Assembly: GCA_002385985.1 (NCBI GenBank)
Contig: DGEO01000037.1
Span: 31,257 to 95,256, forward strand
Direction: 5' to 3'
Source: Anaerolineaceae bacterium UBA3924
Lineage (GTDB): Bacteria > Chloroflexota > Anaerolineae > Anaerolineales > Anaerolineaceae
DNA: 64,000 nucleotides
Shown: positions 1 through 7,960 of the stretch, piece by piece
How the letters are laid out: every line of letters begins with the position of its first letter
Position numbering within the stretch: the stretch's first letter is position 1
Notes under the pieces: model-generated
Database searches by the model: none
What the model saw: the letters and a program-made list of their open reading frames with translations, nothing else
What the model was told of the DNA's origin: nothing
Program-made: the position numbers and the translations under genes

Positions 1-1083
1 ATCGGAACCGGCATCTCCGGCGGCGAAGAAGGCGCCCGCCACGGGCCGTCCATCATGCCCGGCGGCTCGCCGGACGCCTGGCCGCATGTCAAAGACATCT
101 TCCAGAGCATCGCCGCAAAGGTGGAGGACGGCACGCCCGCCTGCGATTGGGTCGGCAGCGACGGCGCGGGACACTTCGTCAAGATGGTGCACAACGGGAT
201 CGAGTACGGCGACATGCAGCTGATCGCCGAGTCTTACCATCTGATGCGCAGCCTGCTCAACCTCTCCTACCCTGACATGCACCGTGTGTTCTCGGAATGG
301 AACCGGGATAAACTGAACTCGTACCTGATTGAGATCACCGCCGATATCATGGCCTTCAAGGACGATGACGGCGAGCCGCTGATTGAGAAGATCCTGGACT
401 CCGCCGGCCAGAAAGGCACCGGCCGCTGGGCCTCGATCAGCGCTCTGGACACTGGCACGCCGCTGACGCTGATCACCGAGGCGGTTCAGGCGCGCTCGCT
501 TTCGGCTCTCAAGGACGAGCGAGTGGCCGCATCAAAACGCATCACCGGCCCGCAGCCCGATCAGATCCCGGACGCTGATTCCTTCCTGTCCGACCTGTTC
601 GACGCGCTGTACGCCGCCAAGATCATTTCCTACACGCAGGGGTTCATGCTCATGCGGGCTGCAGCCGGGGATTACAGCTGGGATCTGGACTACGGCTCCA
701 TCGCGCATCTGTGGCGTGCCGGATGCATCATCCGCTCGGCCTTCCTGAAGGAAATTGAGGCCGCCTATCAACGAGACCCCGGCCTGTCCAACCTGCTGCT
801 GGACCCCTACTTCAATGCCGAGATCGCACAGGCGCAGCCGGGCTGGCGGCGTGTGGTCTCTGCGGCGGTTCTGCACGGCATACCCGTGCCCGCCATGGCC
901 AGTGCGCTGACCTTCCTGGATGGCTACCGCTCGGCACGCCTCCCGGCCAACCTGATCCAGGCTCAGCGGGATTATTTCGGCGCGCACACCTACGAGCGGA
1001 TCGACCGGCCAGCCAACACCTATTTCCACACCGACTGGACCGGTCACGGCGGGGAGATCACTGCCGGTTCCTACCAGGCCTGA
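1..1083 (+). CDS. gnd: 6-phosphogluconate dehydrogenase (decarboxylating), 5'-truncated by window edge
   Basis: Frame 1 is open from nt 1 (IGTGISGGEEGARHGPSIMPGG...), so the listed ORF 55..1083 starts at an internal Met. Gnd-typical stretches run throughout (HFVKMVHNGIEYGDMQLIAE, GQKGTGRW, QAQRDYFGAHTYERID). Confidence 0.9.
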   Translation: MGTGISGGEEGARHGPSIMPGGSPDAWPHVKDIFQSIAAKVEDGTPACDWVGSDGAGHFVKMVHNGIEYGDMQLIAESYHLMRSLLNLSYPDMHRVFSEWNRDKLNSYLIEITADIMAFKDDDGEPLIEKILDSAGQKGTGRWASISALDTGTPLTLITEAVQARSLSALKDERVAASKRITGPQPDQIPDADSFLSDLFDALYAAKIISYTQGFMLMRAAAGDYSWDLDYGSIAHLWRAGCIIRSAFLKEIEAAYQRDPGLSNLLLDPYFNAEIAQAQPGWRRVVSAAVLHGIPVPAMASALTFLDGYRSARLPANLIQAQRDYFGAHTYERIDRPANTYFHTDWTGHGGEITAGSYQA

Positions 1084-1142
1084 GCAGGATCTAAAGCCCC
1101 TTCCAGCCAGGCCAGACACCTCACCTAGGACCCACCTTCCCC

Positions 1143-1802
1143 ATGAAAACCCTCACCGTTCGTCCCTACCAGCCCTCCGACTGCGAAGCCGTCCACCGCA
1201 TTGCCGCGGACACGGCTTTCTTCGGCGCGCCCATTGAACGCTACCTGGACGACCGCCGCCTGTTCACCGACTACTTCTACGCCTACTACACCGACTACGA
1301 ACCGGAGCACAGCTGGGTAGCGGTTGACAGCGAAACCGGCGAGGTGGCCGGGTTCCTGACCGGGTGCGTCGATACGCAGCGCAAGGAGGAGGTCCAGCGC
1401 CGGCAGGTGACCCCCGCGGTGCTGCGCCGGCTGCTCCGCGGCCATTACCGCTTGGGTATCAAGACCTTCCGCTACCTCAACCGCCTGTTCTGGTCAGACC
1501 GGCGCAGAGAATGGCCTGAGGTAGACCTCTCCTCTCATCCTGCTCACCTGCACATCAACCTTTGCGAAGCCTACCGGGGAATGGGCGCCGGGCGCATGCT
1601 GATGCAGTGCTATCTGTCTCAGCTGCGGGAGCTGGGCGTGCCGGGTGTGCACCTGGGCACCACCGACCAGAACAAAGCCGCCTGCCGCCTTTACGAGAAG
1701 ACCGGCTTTCAGCTGCTGGGCGAACGGCCGACCAGGGTCTGGGAGGGCATCATCGCAGAACCGGTTCGCTACCGGGTGTACGGGATGATACTGGTCGGGT
1801 AA
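1143..1802 (+). CDS. GNAT family N-acetyltransferase
   Basis: 219 aa. GNAT core is recognisable (YRGMGAGRMLM..., HLGTTDQNKAACRLYEKTGF). ATG follows CCACCTTCCCC 59 nt after gnd. Confidence 0.75.
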   Translation: MKTLTVRPYQPSDCEAVHRIAADTAFFGAPIERYLDDRRLFTDYFYAYYTDYEPEHSWVAVDSETGEVAGFLTGCVDTQRKEEVQRRQVTPAVLRRLLRGHYRLGIKTFRYLNRLFWSDRRREWPEVDLSSHPAHLHINLCEAYRGMGAGRMLMQCYLSQLRELGVPGVHLGTTDQNKAACRLYEKTGFQLLGERPTRVWEGIIAEPVRYRVYGMILVG

Positions 1803-1856
1803 GGGCCAGTCTGTCCAGGGATATATAGGAAAAACCTTAAAATTTGTCGAAATTTC

Positions 1857-1885
1857 TTGCCTGTCTTAATGTTTTTTGATAATAT
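1857..1885 (+). promoter_or_regulatory. sigma70-like promoter (extended -10)
   Basis: TTGCCT (1857-1862), 17-nt spacer, TAATAT (1880-1885), with TG at 1877-1878. Lies in the AT-rich gap and points toward the sORF and thioesterase. Confidence 0.5.
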
Positions 1886-2155
1886 GGTAATGATCTGATG
1901 ATTCAGCAGCCGGCCAGCGGACTTTCACAGGGGGGCGTACATCAATCCGCACAGGCCAGGCATTCCGTTTGAGCAGGTTCGCGGCGAACCGTCCAACCCT
2001 GCGGCAGGATAATCAATCACTTCAGTCACGGTCATCGGAAACGGACATCCGGTTACCACCGGTTTCCGGTATTTGATGATTACTTCGCTAATAGGATCGT
2101 GTTTTTCCAGGTACATTCGGCCCGGTATGTTACATGGTAATGAAAGGAGACAGCA

Positions 2156-2323
2156 ATGAAGAAAAGCAGGTACGCATTCTTGATCGAAGATCTGGTCCTC
2201 GAAGACGACTGCGAAAAGCCGGAAATCTTGTCCGGCCGCAAAGAAAGCGAGCGTATCAGGATCCATATCGATAAGGAAACCGAAGAAGAGCTCTTTCATG
2301 ATCAGATTGCCACCGGCGGCTAG
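2156..2323 (+). CDS. hypothetical small acidic protein (55 aa)
   Basis: Below the track's 60-aa cutoff. ATG 2156 is preceded by AAAGGAGA (2143-2150) with a 5-nt spacer. Translation: MKKSRYAFLIEDLVLEDDCEKPEILSGRKESERIRIHIDKETEEELFHDQIATGG. Third-position GC is high by eye, like the genome's genes. No family recognised. Confidence 0.35.
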   Translation: MKKSRYAFLIEDLVLEDDCEKPEILSGRKESERIRIHIDKETEEELFHDQIATGG

Positions 2324-2367
2324 CCGGGTGCAGCATCCGGCACCTTCTTAGCTAACCTCGATTTGAA

Positions 2368-2400
2368 CCGCCTGGCGAAATGCCAGGCGGATTGTCTTAT
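2368..2400 (+). terminator. hairpin / weak intrinsic terminator after the sORF
   Basis: Perfect 9-bp stem CCGCCTGGC/GCCAGGCGG (2368-2376, 2382-2390) with loop GAAAT, followed by the T-rich ATTGTCTTATCTT. Confidence 0.4.
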
Positions 2401-2472
2401 CTTCCTGCAGCCGCCAGCGGATCATTTATAATGGACCGGCAGGAGAAAACTCATTATGGATGGGGTGAACGC

Positions 2473-2871
2473 ATGACCATTGAAGTTGGCCTTATAGGAG
2501 AACTGGAATACACCGTTGGCGAGCAGAACGCCGCCTCGCACTTCAATCCTGATCTGCCTTCCGTGCTGGCCACGCCGCAGCTGGTCAGTATGCTGGAACG
2601 CACCGCGCATGAAACCATTCAACCGCAGCTGCCTTCGGAGCAGACCTCGGTCGGTACGCTGGTCAACATCCGTCACCTGGCCGCCACGCCGGTTGGGATG
2701 AAAGTGCGCACCCGGGCCGAGCTGCTCGAAGTCGACCGCCGCCGGCTGCTCTTCCGCGTGGAGGCATGGGACGAGGTGGAAAAGATCGCCGAAGGAGAGC
2801 ATGAGCGCGCGATCATCGACCGGTCACGGTTCGAGCAGAGACTGGAAGAAAAGCGCAAAGCTCTGGGGTAA
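2473..2871 (+). CDS. hotdog-fold thioesterase (FlK / PaaI-like superfamily)
   Basis: 132 aa from MTIEVGLIGELEYTV. Contains LATPQLVSMLE and GTLVNIRHLAATPVG, typical of small hotdog thioesterases. The earlier starts at 2380 and 2431 are rejected because a perfect TATAAT (2427-2432) overlaps 2431. Start is uncertain. Confidence 0.7.
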   Translation: MTIEVGLIGELEYTVGEQNAASHFNPDLPSVLATPQLVSMLERTAHETIQPQLPSEQTSVGTLVNIRHLAATPVGMKVRTRAELLEVDRRRLLFRVEAWDEVEKIAEGEHERAIIDRSRFEQRLEEKRKALG

Positions 2872-2877
2872 TTAAAA

Positions 2878-2903
2878 ACAGCCGCCTTTGTGGCGGCTGT
2901 TTT
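2878..2903. terminator. bidirectional intrinsic terminator
   Basis: Perfect 9-bp stem ACAGCCGCC/GGCGGCTGT (2878-2886, 2892-2900) with loop TTTGT. It is flanked by AAAAA upstream and TTT downstream and lies between the convergent thioesterase (+) and tupA (-). Confidence 0.75.
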
Positions 2904-2933
2904 CTTAACTTGACTTGAAGAAGTGCTGCTCTA

Positions 2934-3809
2934 TCAGGAACCCTTCGCATCCCTCCAGGGTTGGGAATCCGGCACAAACAGCGACTGTCCGAACTCCTCC
3001 ATGCCAAACTCAGCGATTATCTCCTGCGTGGGTACAGAGATCAGCCAGTCAATGAACTGGTTCGCCAGTTCCGCCTGAATGTGCTCACCCTTGTCAGGGT
3101 TGACCGCGATCACGCCGTAGGGATTGAACAGGCGCTCATCGCCCTCAACCAGAATTTCCAGGTTCAGGTTATCCCGCAGCGCCAGATAGGTGGCCCGATC
3201 GCTCAGTGTGTAGGCCTGCTGCTCGGAGGCCATGTTGAGCACATCGCCCATCCCTTGCCCCACAGACAGATACCAGTCTCCGGCGGGTTCAATTTCAGCC
3301 GCTTTCCAGATTGAAAGTTCCTTGGTGTGCGTGCCGGACTCATCACCGCGGGAGATGAACACGCTGCTCTCGCTGATCTTCCTCATCGCCTCGGCCGCAT
3401 CCGCCATCCCGCGAATGCCAGCCGGGTCCTCCGCCGGGCCGACGATGATGAAATCGTTGTACATCACCTCTTCACGGCGAACCCCGTGACCGGCGTCCAT
3501 AAACTCCAGTTCCCGCGCCCGCGAGTGCACCAGCAGCACATCCGCGTTGCCGTCCTGCCCCAGGGCCAGCGCCTGCCCGGTCCCGACGGCAATAACTTCC
3601 ACTTCCGCCCCGTACTCCTCTTCGAAGATCGGCAGGATGTAGTCCAGCAGGCCCGAGTCGTCAGTGCTGGTGGTGGTGGCCAGGATCAGCCGCCCGGTCC
3701 CAGCCGATGCGGGATTGGCCGGCCCTTCGGTCGGCTGAGCGGCGGGAGCGGGGGCAGCGCAGGAAACCAGCAGCAGCCCCACAAGCAGAATCCAAAGCGC
3801 TTTTTTCAT
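2934..3809 (-). CDS. tupA: tungstate ABC transporter substrate-binding lipoprotein (TupA-like)
   Basis: 291 aa. Lipobox LLLVSC is present, and the ATTTSTDDSGLLDYILPIFE motif is characteristic of TupA/WtpA-type oxoanion binders. Specificity for W versus Mo is not provable by eye. Confidence 0.7.
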   Translation of the reverse strand: MKKALWILLVGLLLVSCAAPAPAAQPTEGPANPASAGTGRLILATTTSTDDSGLLDYILPIFEEEYGAEVEVIAVGTGQALALGQDGNADVLLVHSRARELEFMDAGHGVRREEVMYNDFIIVGPAEDPAGIRGMADAAEAMRKISESSVFISRGDESGTHTKELSIWKAAEIEPAGDWYLSVGQGMGDVLNMASEQQAYTLSDRATYLALRDNLNLEILVEGDERLFNPYGVIAVNPDKGEHIQAELANQFIDWLISVPTQEIIAEFGMEEFGQSLFVPDSQPWRDAKGS

Positions 3810-3844
3810 TTTTCCTCCATGAATGGTATCCGCCTTGCCGGCGG

Positions 3845-4576
3845 CTAATACACCATGTCACCCTGAATGAAGGCCTGCGTGCGCGGGTCCTGCGGCCAGG
3901 TGAAGAAGTCCTCTTTTTCCGCCACTTCGACAATGGACCCGTTCAACAGGAAAGCCACCCGGTCCGCCAGACGGCGCGCCTGGAAAATGTTATGCGTGAC
4001 CAGTACCATGGTGGTACCCTGCTGGCGGTTGGCCTCGGTAATCACCTCTTCGATCAGGCCCACATGGTACGGGTCCAGATTGGCGGTTGGCTCGTCCAGC
4101 AGCAGCACCTCCGGCTGCAGCACCAGCGCACGGGCCAGAGCCACCCGCTGGGCTTCACCTCCCGAGAGCGTCCGGGCGCGCTGGTGAACCAGGGGTTTCA
4201 GGCCCAGACGATCCAACACGGCCTCAACTTCCGCCTTTGCGTCCTTGATCCCTCTCAACCGCAGGCCGTAATGCACGTTGTCGACCACACTGCGGTCCAG
4301 CAGGCGCGGCTGCTGAAACACAGTGGTCACCTTGCGGAGCAGGTTCAGGTCCACCTCACCGTTATTGGGGATGGGCTGGCCTTCAAACTCAATCTGGCCG
4401 GCATCCGGCCTTTCGAGGAAGTTGAGCAGCCGAAGCAGCGTGCTCTTCCCTGCGCCGCTCGGGCCGACCAGCGCCAGGATTCTCCCGGCCTCCACCTCCA
4501 GCTGCTCCACCCGCAGGACGCAGCGCTGGCCGTAGCGCTTTTCCACGCCAGTGAGACGGTAGACCGGGGGCTTCAC
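3845..4576 (-). CDS. tupC: ABC transporter ATP-binding protein (TupC-like)
   Basis: Walker A GPSGAGKST, signature LSGGEAQR, Walker B LLLDEP. Trimmed from track ORF 3845..4837 to GTG 4576, which overlaps the tupB stop as GTGA. Confidence 0.8.
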   Translation of the reverse strand: MKPPVYRLTGVEKRYGQRCVLRVEQLEVEAGRILALVGPSGAGKSTLLRLLNFLERPDAGQIEFEGQPIPNNGEVDLNLLRKVTTVFQQPRLLDRSVVDNVHYGLRLRGIKDAKAEVEAVLDRLGLKPLVHQRARTLSGGEAQRVALARALVLQPEVLLLDEPTANLDPYHVGLIEEVITEANRQQGTTMVLVTHNIFQARRLADRVAFLLNGSIVEVAEKEDFFTWPQDPRTQAFIQGDMVY

Positions 4577-5235
4577 TGCGGCAGGCTCCTTCCCTGCAGG
4601 CGCATCATCGCCAGGTTGGCCAGGAAGGACATCCCCAGCAGCAGCAGGCCCAGCGCGATGGCCAGTTCGAAGTTGCCCTTGCGGGTTTCCAGCACAATGG
4701 CAGTGGTCATCACACGGGTCTTCCCTTCGATGTTGCCGCCCACCAGCATCACCGCCCCCACTTCCGAGATGATGCTGCCGAAACCGGCCACGACCGACAC
4801 AACCACCCCCACGCGGGCCTCCGAGAGCACCGCCCACGCGGCCTGTCCCTGGGTTGCGCCGAGCGCGCGTACCTGCTGGCGCAGCTGCGGGTCGACTGCC
4901 ATCACCGCGGCCATGGTGAACCCGGCCACCAGCGGAAAGGCAATAATGATCTGCGCGATGACCATCGCCCCGGGAGTGAACAGCGGCGGGATGAAGCTCA
5001 AATGCAGGCTGCCCAGCGGTCCGCTGCGAGAAAGCAGCAGGTAGACCAGCAGGCCGATCACCACCGGCGGGAACCCCATCCCGGTGTAGATCAGCGCGAT
5101 CACCAGCCGCCGGCCGGGAAAATTTTTTAATCCCAGCAGCACACCGGCCGGAATGCCAAGCAGTGAGCTGATCAATAAGGCCAGGCCGGTGACCCGCAGG
5201 GACAAACCGGTGATGTTGAACAGTTCAACGTCCAT
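4573..5235 (-). CDS. tupB: ABC transporter permease (TupB-like)
   Basis: 220 aa polytopic membrane protein of the MetI-like permease type. It is first in a three-gene operon, tupB-tupC-tupA, on the minus strand. Confidence 0.8.
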   Translation of the reverse strand: MDVELFNITGLSLRVTGLALLISSLLGIPAGVLLGLKNFPGRRLVIALIYTGMGFPPVVIGLLVYLLLSRSGPLGSLHLSFIPPLFTPGAMVIAQIIIAFPLVAGFTMAAVMAVDPQLRQQVRALGATQGQAAWAVLSEARVGVVVSVVAGFGSIISEVGAVMLVGGNIEGKTRVMTTAIVLETRKGNFELAIALGLLLLGMSFLANLAMMRLQGRSLPQ

Positions 5236-5503
5236 GAAAGATCAGTAACCTGTGCAGGAAAAGCTTTATACGCATTGGAGAATGTTCACTTGTACGGGTG
5301 CAAGTATATCATTTCTGCCGGTTCCCGTCCAGAAACAGGCCGGCAGAGGCTCAGCAGCGGCCCGGATTTCCCTGGCATGATGCTTGCACCCTAAGGGTAG
5401 GGTAATTCCTCTTCGCACATCGGTATTCTTCCGGGTGCATCCTGACCGGAAATGGGCTATAGTGGAATCAGGCCGCTGCGGCGGCGAGGTTGGAGATGAC
5501 AAA

Positions 5504-5902
5504 ATGACCAGGAAGATCCGCGTGGTAATCGCCGACGATCATTCCGCTGTCCGCTCCGGAATACGAAGCCTGCTGAAGCCGGCAGAAGACATAGAGGTGG
5601 TCGCCGAAGCGGCGGATGGTGTGGAAACCGTGCGGATGGTCACCAAACACCAGCCTGACCTGCTGCTGCTGGACATGGACATGCCGGGATTGAACGGAAC
5701 CCAGGTGATCGAGCACCTGAGTAAGAACAGCCAGCCCCCCAGAATTCTGGTGCTCAGCGCTTATACCGATGAAGAGTACATCCGTTCACTGCTGAAAACA
5801 GGCGTGCAGGGTTACCTGGCCAAGGATGAAGCGCCGCTGGGGATTATCACCGCCGTGCGCGAGGTATCCAGAGGCCGCCGGGGTTGGATCCGGTACTGCT
5901 GA
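5504..5902 (+). CDS. response regulator, receiver domain only (NarL-like REC without HTH)
   Basis: MTRKIRVVIADDH...DLLLLDMDMPGLNG...LVLSAY is a canonical REC domain. GGAG lies 8 nt upstream of ATG 5504. The ORF ends 132 aa in, where the LuxR HTH would begin, and no HTH-like frame follows. Confidence 0.75.
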   Translation: MTRKIRVVIADDHSAVRSGIRSLLKPAEDIEVVAEAADGVETVRMVTKHQPDLLLLDMDMPGLNGTQVIEHLSKNSQPPRILVLSAYTDEEYIRSLLKTGVQGYLAKDEAPLGIITAVREVSRGRRGWIRYC

Positions 5903-6026
5903 GAGCAGCGGATTCCACAAACATGCCATAATCAGCACAGCAGCACATCTTCAGACCTCGACCGCGCCGGGTCAGGGTCGAGCCTGACCCCAACCCTGCG
6001 GCCCGATTGGATGAGGAGGAGGAATT

Positions 6027-6980
6027 ATGGCGGATGCACTCGAGCTCTGGAAGCATCCCAGATCGGATGAAATTAATATGATCGTCGGCTGGCGGCAGTG
6101 GGCTGACGCCGGTTCCGTTTCTTCCGGACTGCCGGCTTTTCTGGTCCGGCAGCTGGGGGCGGAACCCATCGGCCAGATTCGCGGTGACGGGTTTTACCTC
6201 TTTCAGACGCCGGGGGCGCACGACCTGATGCGTCCGGTGGTGCGCTACGTCAGCGGCTACCCCAAAAGCCTGGAAGGCCAGTCGAACGACTTTTACTACG
6301 CCGGGGACGAGAAAAAGGGCCTGGTGATTTTTATCGGTGACGAACCCAACATGGATGTCGAACGTTACATCGCCGCCATCCTGGATGCAGCCCGGACACT
6401 CAAGGTGCGGCGCATCATCGGGTTGGGCGGCGTGTTCGGCGAGCTGCCCTACGATAAAGAGCGCTCCATCTCTGCCAACTACAGCCTGCCGGGACTGAAA
6501 GAAGTCGTCCAGCGGATCGCCGTCAACCTTTCGGATTATCACGGCGGGGCCACCATCGGCGCGGTCATGTGCAAGCGGGCCGGCGAGGCCGGACTGGAAT
6601 TCATCGGCCTGTACGCCTTTGTCCCGGTCTACGACCTGACCCCGCTGACCGAAACCAGCAGCATGATCCGCCTGGACAATGACTTCACCGCCTGGGTGGG
6701 CGTGATGAAGCGGATCAACTACCTGCTGGGGATGAACGTCGACATCTCCCATCTAGAAGCGAAGAGCCAGGAGCTGACCGCGCTGGTGGAGAAACGGATC
6801 GACGAGATCCACCAGGAGGCCCCGCAGCTGGGCATCAAAGATTACTTCGCCCGGCTGTCAGAAGATTTTCAGGAGCTGGAATTCAACCCGCTGGACGATG
6901 TCTGGGAGGAAGAGCTCAAACGCCTGCTGAACAAGTTCGACGATAACCCGCCCGCCGGGGAATCAGAAGACCAGTCCTGA
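6027..6980 (+). CDS. PAC2 (proteasome assembly chaperone 2-like) family protein
   Basis: 317 aa. The N-terminus (LWKHPRSDEINMIVGWRQWADAGSVSSGLPAFL...) resembles the bacterial PAC2/DUF75 family. Strong SD GGAGGAGGA lies upstream. Confidence 0.6.
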   Translation: MADALELWKHPRSDEINMIVGWRQWADAGSVSSGLPAFLVRQLGAEPIGQIRGDGFYLFQTPGAHDLMRPVVRYVSGYPKSLEGQSNDFYYAGDEKKGLVIFIGDEPNMDVERYIAAILDAARTLKVRRIIGLGGVFGELPYDKERSISANYSLPGLKEVVQRIAVNLSDYHGGATIGAVMCKRAGEAGLEFIGLYAFVPVYDLTPLTETSSMIRLDNDFTAWVGVMKRINYLLGMNVDISHLEAKSQELTALVEKRIDEIHQEAPQLGIKDYFARLSEDFQELEFNPLDDVWEEELKRLLNKFDDNPPAGESEDQS

Positions 6981-7063
6981 ACAGCCAGCCAGCCGGGTAT
7001 ATGCCGGCGCATGCCCGGTTCCATGGTATGATTTTTCCAATCCTGAAAAAACATGGTGAGCCA

Positions 7064-7960
7064 ATGAACAACAACACCTTTCTGTCCTGGCTGGAGCGCG
7101 GCGCCAGGCTGGTTTCCGACGGCGCGACCGGCACCAACTTGCAAAAGCGCGGCCTGCCCAAAGGCCAGCCTTCCGACCTGTGGGTGCTGGACAATCCCGA
7201 AGGCGTGCTGCAGCTGCACCGCGACTTCATCGCCGCCGGCTCAAACGTGATACTGACCAACACCTTCGGCGCGCGGTCGCTCCAGCAGAAGAAGTCCGGG
7301 CTGGATGGCAAAACCCGCGAGCTAAACCTTGCCGCGGTCGAGCTGGCGCGCAGGGCCGCTGAGGGCGTGGACGCCTTCGTGGCCGGCTCGATGGGGCCGC
7401 TGGGCGAGCTGCTGCAGCCCTTTGGCACGCTTTCGGAGGATGATGCCCTGGCCGCTTACAGGGAACAGGCCGGCTGCCTGCTGGAAGGCGGAGTCGATCT
7501 GCTGGTTATCGAAACCCAGTTCGACCTGACCGAAGCTCGCGTGGCCGTTCAGGCCGTGCGCCAGCTGGATGAGAATATCCCCCTGATCTGTTCGTTCAGC
7601 TACGACCGCGGCACCCGCACCATGATGGGCGTTCGCCCGAAGCAGATGGCCGCGGAGATCGGCCCGCTGGGCGTAAACGCACTGGGGATCAACTGCGGCC
7701 GCAGCCTGGACGAGAACCTGCAGGCGCTGCGCGAGCTGCGCGAAGCCACCGACCTGCCCATCTGGTTCAAGCCCAACGCCGGCCTGCCGGGAACGGATGC
7801 CGCCGGAAACACCACCTACAGCGTGACCCCCGAAGAAATGGGCGCTCGCGTGGCGGAGTGGATCGAAGCCGGGGCCAGTGTGGTCGGCGGCTGCTGCGGC
7901 ACCTCGCCAGAGCACGTCCAGCAGATTGCCATCAACTTGAAGCGGCTGCAGGCGGCATGA
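7064..7960 (+). CDS. homocysteine S-methyltransferase (Hcy-binding) domain protein, stand-alone
   Basis: 298 aa. Contains GATGTNLQ, ILTNTFG, the Zn-ligand Cys in GINCGRS and the Cys pair in VGGCCGTSPEH. Start ATG 7064 follows GGTGAG. An extended -10, TGgTATGAT, lies at 7024-7032. Confidence 0.8.
   Translation: MNNNTFLSWLERGARLVSDGATGTNLQKRGLPKGQPSDLWVLDNPEGVLQLHRDFIAAGSNVILTNTFGARSLQQKKSGLDGKTRELNLAAVELARRAAEGVDAFVAGSMGPLGELLQPFGTLSEDDALAAYREQAGCLLEGGVDLLVIETQFDLTEARVAVQAVRQLDENIPLICSFSYDRGTRTMMGVRPKQMAAEIGPLGVNALGINCGRSLDENLQALRELREATDLPIWFKPNAGLPGTDAAGNTTYSVTPEEMGARVAEWIEAGASVVGGCCGTSPEHVQQIAINLKRLQAA

Noticed and set aside
1925-2299. 124-aa ORF on the - strand in the AT-rich gap
   Set aside because: No SD precedes either possible start (2299 or the internal ATG 2116). 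It lies antisense to a transcript predicted from a strong promoter and overlaps a + strand sORF with a textbook SD. No family was recognised. It is not fully excluded and is discussed in the finding for 1803-2472.
3845-4837. Long N-terminal extensions in the ORF track, for example tupC 330 aa. The same applies to the track ORFs starting at 16227, 17798, 18765, 31093, 32330, 35166, 37929, 38967, 43473, 45605 and 53111.
   Set aside because: The extensions overlap the upstream gene or promoter and are compositionally odd. Internal starts with an SD or with 1-8-nt coupled overlaps give proteins that begin at the family-typical N-terminus.
3707-5044. 445-aa ORF on the + strand across the tupC/tupB region
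   Set aside because: It is antisense to two genes with clear ABC ATPase and permease motifs. The translation is Arg/Pro/Ala/His-rich low-complexity sequence, typical of shadow ORFs in high-GC DNA, and no SD is present.
5969-5990. GC-rich hairpin GGGTCAGG-gtcgag-CCTGACCC after the receiver gene as an intrinsic terminator
   Set aside because: No U-tract follows, since the downstream sequence is CAACCCTGCGG. It may still pause or stabilise RNA, but it is not callable as a rho-independent terminator.
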